A stretch of 64,000 nucleotides of DNA, from assembly GCF_009914755.1 (NCBI RefSeq), contig NC_060927.1, one strand, 5' to 3'. This document shows positions 59,318 to 64,000 of this stretch, piece after piece; position 1 is the stretch's first letter, and each line of letters begins with the position of its first letter. Position numbers and translations under genes: made by a program. The notes under the pieces were generated by a model. The model was not told where the DNA came from. It did not search any database and saw only the letters and a list, made by a program, of their open reading frames with translations. This stretch comes from the human T2T-CHM13v2.0 reference genome, Homo sapiens.

Positions 59318-59515
59318 GGTCTCAAGAGATGTCTGTTTTAATCCCAAATCTAATTCCACTGATAGTCTTTGTGGTCTTGGAATAGCTTATATAATTTTCT
59401 ATATCTCACTTTCCCTGTCTCTCCAATGGAACTAATCCTTATTCTACTTATTTCTAAAAATTGTCAGAGGCACCAAATGAGATAATGGATATAAAAGTGT
59501 TTTGAAAATGTAAAG
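59318..59515 (+). mobile_element. MIR
   Basis: Degenerate core, then aaatgagataatggatataaaagtg. Confidence 0.65.
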
Positions 59516-59670
59516 AAGTAGGAAAGTTGTGGTTCTGCTGATGGAGATGGAGGCTTACTTAGTAAGGTGAACAAAAGTATCTGGCTCACTGGATCCAGTT
59601 TAACTTTCCTTGTGCATAGAGATGTCTTATTCAGTCCAGGTGTTCCTGTCACCTTTGAGTAACTGTGATC

Positions 59671-59688
59671 TGACCTGTGTCCAGGTCA
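59671..59688. promoter_or_regulatory. Perfect everted repeat ER6/IP6 nuclear-receptor element
   Basis: TGACCT-gtgtcc-AGGTCA, with both half-sites at consensus. Confidence 0.5.
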
Positions 59689-60824
59689 CACGGGTGTCAT
59701 CTGGTAACTCTAGTTTTCATCAACATATGTCATTTAGCGTAAGTCACATCAGGTGGACTAACTTCGCTGCTGCATGCTTTCCTTTCTGCCTTTACTGAGT
59801 CCTTCTCATTCTTGGCCAGTCAGTCATATTTTCTTTCTGTCTTAGTAAACTCAGCAAAACTGCACCAGAGTCAGAAATAAATGGAAAGGGAAGGATTTTT
59901 AACGAAAGGGGCTCACTCATTCTGACTTAAAACATGTATTTTGATAGTCCAGAGGTTTTTTTTGTTGTTATTTTTTCCCTCCTCTGATTTCAGTGAATTT
60001 GATTTACCATTAATGGTCTGATGAAAGAGATATACTTTCTTATTTACAAGCGACTTCTTTCTCAACTAACACTTTGGGCCTGGAGTTCAGCAATAATACT
60101 GTTGCTCCAGGAAACTTCTGGCATTTGGAATTCCACTTCGATTCAACTAATGCTTAGTAAGTTGATTTCACAAAAGTAAAGTGTATGTTCTCTGGCCATA
60201 TGTATTCTTGTCCACAAGCAGTCTTCAAGCCTGGAAGATGGAGGAGAGATGAGCAACTGAACTATTCTAATACAGTTACAAACAAATTTCAACGTGTGAA
60301 ATAATGGGCTGGTTGCTACGAGGCAAAAAAGAAACAAACACTTATTTTGTTGTTGAGGAGAGACCACATGTAATTTTCCTGGTCAGGAAATGGCTTTTTG
60401 CAAAAGGTGGTGGCTGAGATAAGTAAAGCAGGGAAACACGTCCTGAGAAGAGAGTGCACAAGCCTTGTCAGAGGGACTGAAAAGCACCCGGCACACAAGG
60501 GGATCAGTGACTATTTTTCCACTATACCTTAAGCAACCCTTCTTAGCAGTATAAACCTTTCTTAAAATACAATTTCGTGGGGAAGTGCAAATTTCAAAAA
60601 CAGAGCTCTCTGCTTAAAGCCCAGATGGACGGGCACAGCCCTCCCACTGTGTCTTCTCTTTGCAGCTACAAGCGACCCCTGCAGGAATACTATGTATTGT
60701 ATGAATCCATTAATCACGGATGCCCTTACTCAGCCTCCCTAAAGTTTTGCAACTCCTCGCTTGAGGGATCCTCCCCAAGAGTATACATTAACAAAGAGTA
60801 AAGAGTAGAAAGCTAAAACTAAGT

Positions 60825-61105
60825 AACTTGGGGTCCTGTTATGGAAGGATTTGAATGTGAGCTGGATGCATTTTACTTTATCCAGGAGGCAGTGGGACTC
60901 ACAGAGGATTTGTGTGGGAAGGAAGGACATGACTCAAAGCTGCCCTTTGGTAGGATTAATCTGACAGCGTTGTATGGGTTGGCCTGCAGTGGCACTGAAC
61001 CTGACACAGGCAAAAGAGCAGGATGTTCTTAGGCCAGTGACAGATGACGGTGAGACAAAAAACCTCTATGGAATTCGAATCCACAGGACTTGGATGCTGA
61101 TTTTC
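60825..61105 (-). mobile_element. L2 fragment
   Basis: aggattaatctgacagc...ccacaggacttgg. Confidence 0.6.
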
Positions 61106-61595
61106 TCCCCAGCAATGGGACCCACACTCCTTCCTAGAGAGAACCTGGGATCAAACCACAGGGCTTGTATGAAGCGGGCATAAGTGTGGAGCTGAAAGAG
61201 TTGTATCATGTGATTTTGTTCTGTTCTCCTGCTACTTGAGAAAAAGCCATATTCTTTCTGAGACTGGGCATTGAACTTTGATAGTTGTCTCTTTAGCTTT
61301 TATGTGCTTTCCACATTATCTGAAAGTATTCTATACTTGGCTGTCAAAGGGTATCCATGCTTCAAGGGATTAACACTTTTAAAATGAGCTTTGTGTGTTT
61401 GAGCTCTTTGTAAAATATGGTGATACCTTTGATTTCTTAAAATACCAAATTTTTAACAAATAGCTGAAAGAAACATTCTTTATCCCCCATGAACAGTGTT
61501 TCCATCTGCCCATCATAGTCCACTTCAGCTGCATCTCTCTGCCATGGCTTTACTGGTTTGATGGTTTGATCACACTGAACAGACTGGGCCATCTA

Positions 61596-61820
61596 TTTTT
61601 TGTTTTGTTTTTTTGAGACATAGTCTTGCTCTGTTGGCCAGGCTGGAGTAAAGTGGTGCGATTATGGTTCACTGCCGCCTTGACCTACTGGGCGCAAGCG
61701 ATCCTCCCACCTCAGCCTCTCCAGACTCCTGAGTAGCTGCGACTACAGGTGTGAACCACCATACCCAGCTAATTTTTTATTTTTGTAGAGATGTGGTCTT
61801 ATTATGTTGCCCATGCTAGT
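61596..61820 (-). mobile_element. 5'-truncated AluJ
   Basis: TSD ctgggccat (61584, 61821). Confidence 0.88.
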
Positions 61821-62011
61821 CTGGGCCATTCTTTGTCACAGTCAGGCAAGGGTCTAATGTCAGTTCTGTATGATTTCAGCACCCCACTTTTATCCCATCA
61901 AAATACTCAGATTAGCTTATATTTGTTTTCTTCAGCACCATTCTTATACCAACAAAAGTATGCAACTAAGGGTCAGTTCCATTTATTTGTCTTTGTGTCT
62001 GTATCCTAAAG

Positions 62012-62372
62012 CAGGGGCTACAACCTAAATTGCCTATAGATTCATATAGGACTGGTATATGGAGTAGGGAATGGTAGAGGCTATGGCAAACTGGAGACTG
62101 AGTGCCTGTTCCTCAGTGGAAAGCTGCTATTCACCTTTGACAATCATTTGCCTGATGGAATGAGAGCCTAATGTATCCAAACCTTTTAAAACAGTGTTTC
62201 TCAGAGTGTGGTCTTCAGGCCGACAGCATCAGCAGCACCTAGAAACTTGCAATTCTTGTCCCTCCCTGTTCCACCTCCAGAATAAGAAATTCCAAGAGTG
62301 AGATCCAGCCTTTTGTGTTGTAACAAGCCTTTCCAGTGATTGTGATGCTTACTCAAATTTGAGAACCACTTG
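62012..62372 (+). mobile_element. MER102-like fragment followed by MER5A
   Basis: caggggctacaacc...ggcaaactggag; cagtgtttctcagagtgtggtc...tttgagaaccact. Confidence 0.7.
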
Positions 62373-62462
62373 TTATAGTGGACATTGTGTTGTATCACTC
62401 AGACTGCTTTTGAGGACTGATATTTGAGGACTATGTTTGTTTCAAGAAAAGCCCAATATCAA

Positions 62463-62751
62463 GGCCAGGCACAGTGGCTCACACCTGTAATCCCAGTACT
62501 TTGGGAGGCTGTGATGGGCAGATCACTTGAGGTCAGTAGTTCACGGCAAGCTTGGCCAAAATGGTGAAACCCTGTCTTTACCAAAAAATACAAAAATTAG
62601 CCAGGCACAGTGGTGCACGCCTGTGGTCCCACTTGGGAGGCCGAGATGGGAGAATCACTTGAACCCAGGTGGTGGAGGCTGCACCCCGGCACTCCAGCCT
62701 GAGTGACAGAGTGAGACCCTGTCTCAGAAAAAAAAAAAGAAAAAGAAAAAG
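62463..62751 (+). mobile_element. Old Alu (Jb/Sz-like) with right-arm deletions
   Basis: TSD aaaa(g/a)cccaatatcaa. Confidence 0.9.
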
Positions 62752-62791
62752 AAAAACCCAATATCAAGATATATATTTGATTTTTAGTTTT

Positions 62792-63425
62792 TTATTATTT
62801 ATTTTTAATTGACAAATAAACATTGCATATATTTATGGCATACAACATTTTAAAATTCGTATACATTATGGATTGGCTAAATCAAGCTCATTAACATGTT
62901 CATTACCTCACATACCATTTTTTCTATGGCAAGAACTTTGAAAATTTACTCTCAGCAATTTTCAAGAATAGAATACATTATTAGTAACTATACTCACCAT
63001 GTTGTACAATAGCTCTCTTGAACTTATTCCTTCTGTCTGACTGAAATTATTTATTCTTTGACCAACATTCCTCCAACCTCCCTGCTCCCCAGCTAGCTTC
63101 TGGTAATAACAATTCTACTCTCTGTTTCTATGTGTTCAACGTTTTGTGATTCCACATGTGAGTGAGATCATGCACTGCTTGTCTTTCTGTGCCTGGCTTA
63201 TTTCACTTTGCATAATGTCCTCCAGGTTCATCCATGTTGTTGCAAATAACAGTATTTTATTATTTTTATGGCTAGATACTATTCCACTGTGTATATATAT
63301 CACATTTTCTTCATTCATTCATCCACTGATGGACACTTAGTTGATTCCATATCTTGGCTATTGTGACTAGTGCTACAATAAACATGAGAGTGCAGATACG
63401 TCTCTTCAACATTTCATTGCCTTTG
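62792..63425 (-). mobile_element. L1MA (MA7/8-like) 3' end
   Basis: ttttaattgacaaataa...ggctaaatcaagct...; ORF2-end remnant; probable TSD gatttt(t/c)agttt. Confidence 0.88.
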
Positions 63426-64000
63426 GATTTTCAGTTTCATAATATAGGGAAACTATAACAGACACATCCACTTGTCAGTCTCAGTCTGTCCTGTGCACTG
63501 TCACTCTTCAGCCTCCACTCCAGTCTGAACATGCTAACAAAAAGGATGCTTTCCTGGTTTTTTTTTTTTTTAATGACTTCTTCCCTTGCAGGATGCAAAG
63601 TTTACTGACTCCAGATCTAGGCAATATTTCTCAAACTTTCTCACTGATACAGTTCTGAGAGCAGAGGAGAGACAGGGAATGCAGAATTATATGCTGAAGC
63701 CATTCACTGCCAAATACAAGATTTTGTTGAAGCCTTTCCATTTGCCTTTAAAAATCATATAAGTTGTATGTCCTATTTTGTCATATACTCATATTTGGCT
63801 TATTGTCTAAACAATGAGTTAAATTACTTTCAAGTTAAATTCCGTAACTTCCACCCACAATTTCTTAAAGAAAATCTGCACCCTAGAAAAATGCTCAATT
63901 TACCCCCAAAAAATAGAGGCAAGAAAATAAGAAGTTACATGTAAGAGGGGGAAGTTATAAGTCATACTCAAACATATTCACGAGCCATATACCTGACCAG

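Noticed and set aside
61875-61940. TTCAGCACC RE1 half-sites (also near 42758 and 55514)
   Set aside because: The right half is absent or wrongly spaced.

Overview
This is AT-rich primate DNA, most likely human, not a prokaryotic locus. The ORF track misses the only real coding segment: a 96-nt, phase 1-1 internal exon at 23502-23597 (+) that encodes (Y)[31 protein letters not shown](E). I recognise this as the start of Ig domain 2 of contactin-4 (CNTN4, human 3p26). The rest of the window is the two large flanking CNTN4 introns. They contain about 30 Alus (many with readable TSDs), L1PA/PB/MA/MB/ME fragments, L2, MIR, solo LTRs (MER21-, MST-, THE1- and LTR33-like), DNA-transposon fossils and microsatellites. 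I see no new multi-gene system. The most interesting signals are regulatory or structural hypotheses around the exon: an in-frame exon with a weak donor and a downstream RBFOX motif; inverted Alus and direct AluYs (88 bp identical) bracketing it; a perfect RE1/REST site; a perfect ER6 nuclear-receptor element; a strong cryptic acceptor fused to a CpG-rich sense AluY whose tail carries AATAAA; a sense THE1 LTR with promoter and donor signals; and an old ~105-bp local duplication. Repeat subfamily names and boundaries were assigned by eye and are approximate.
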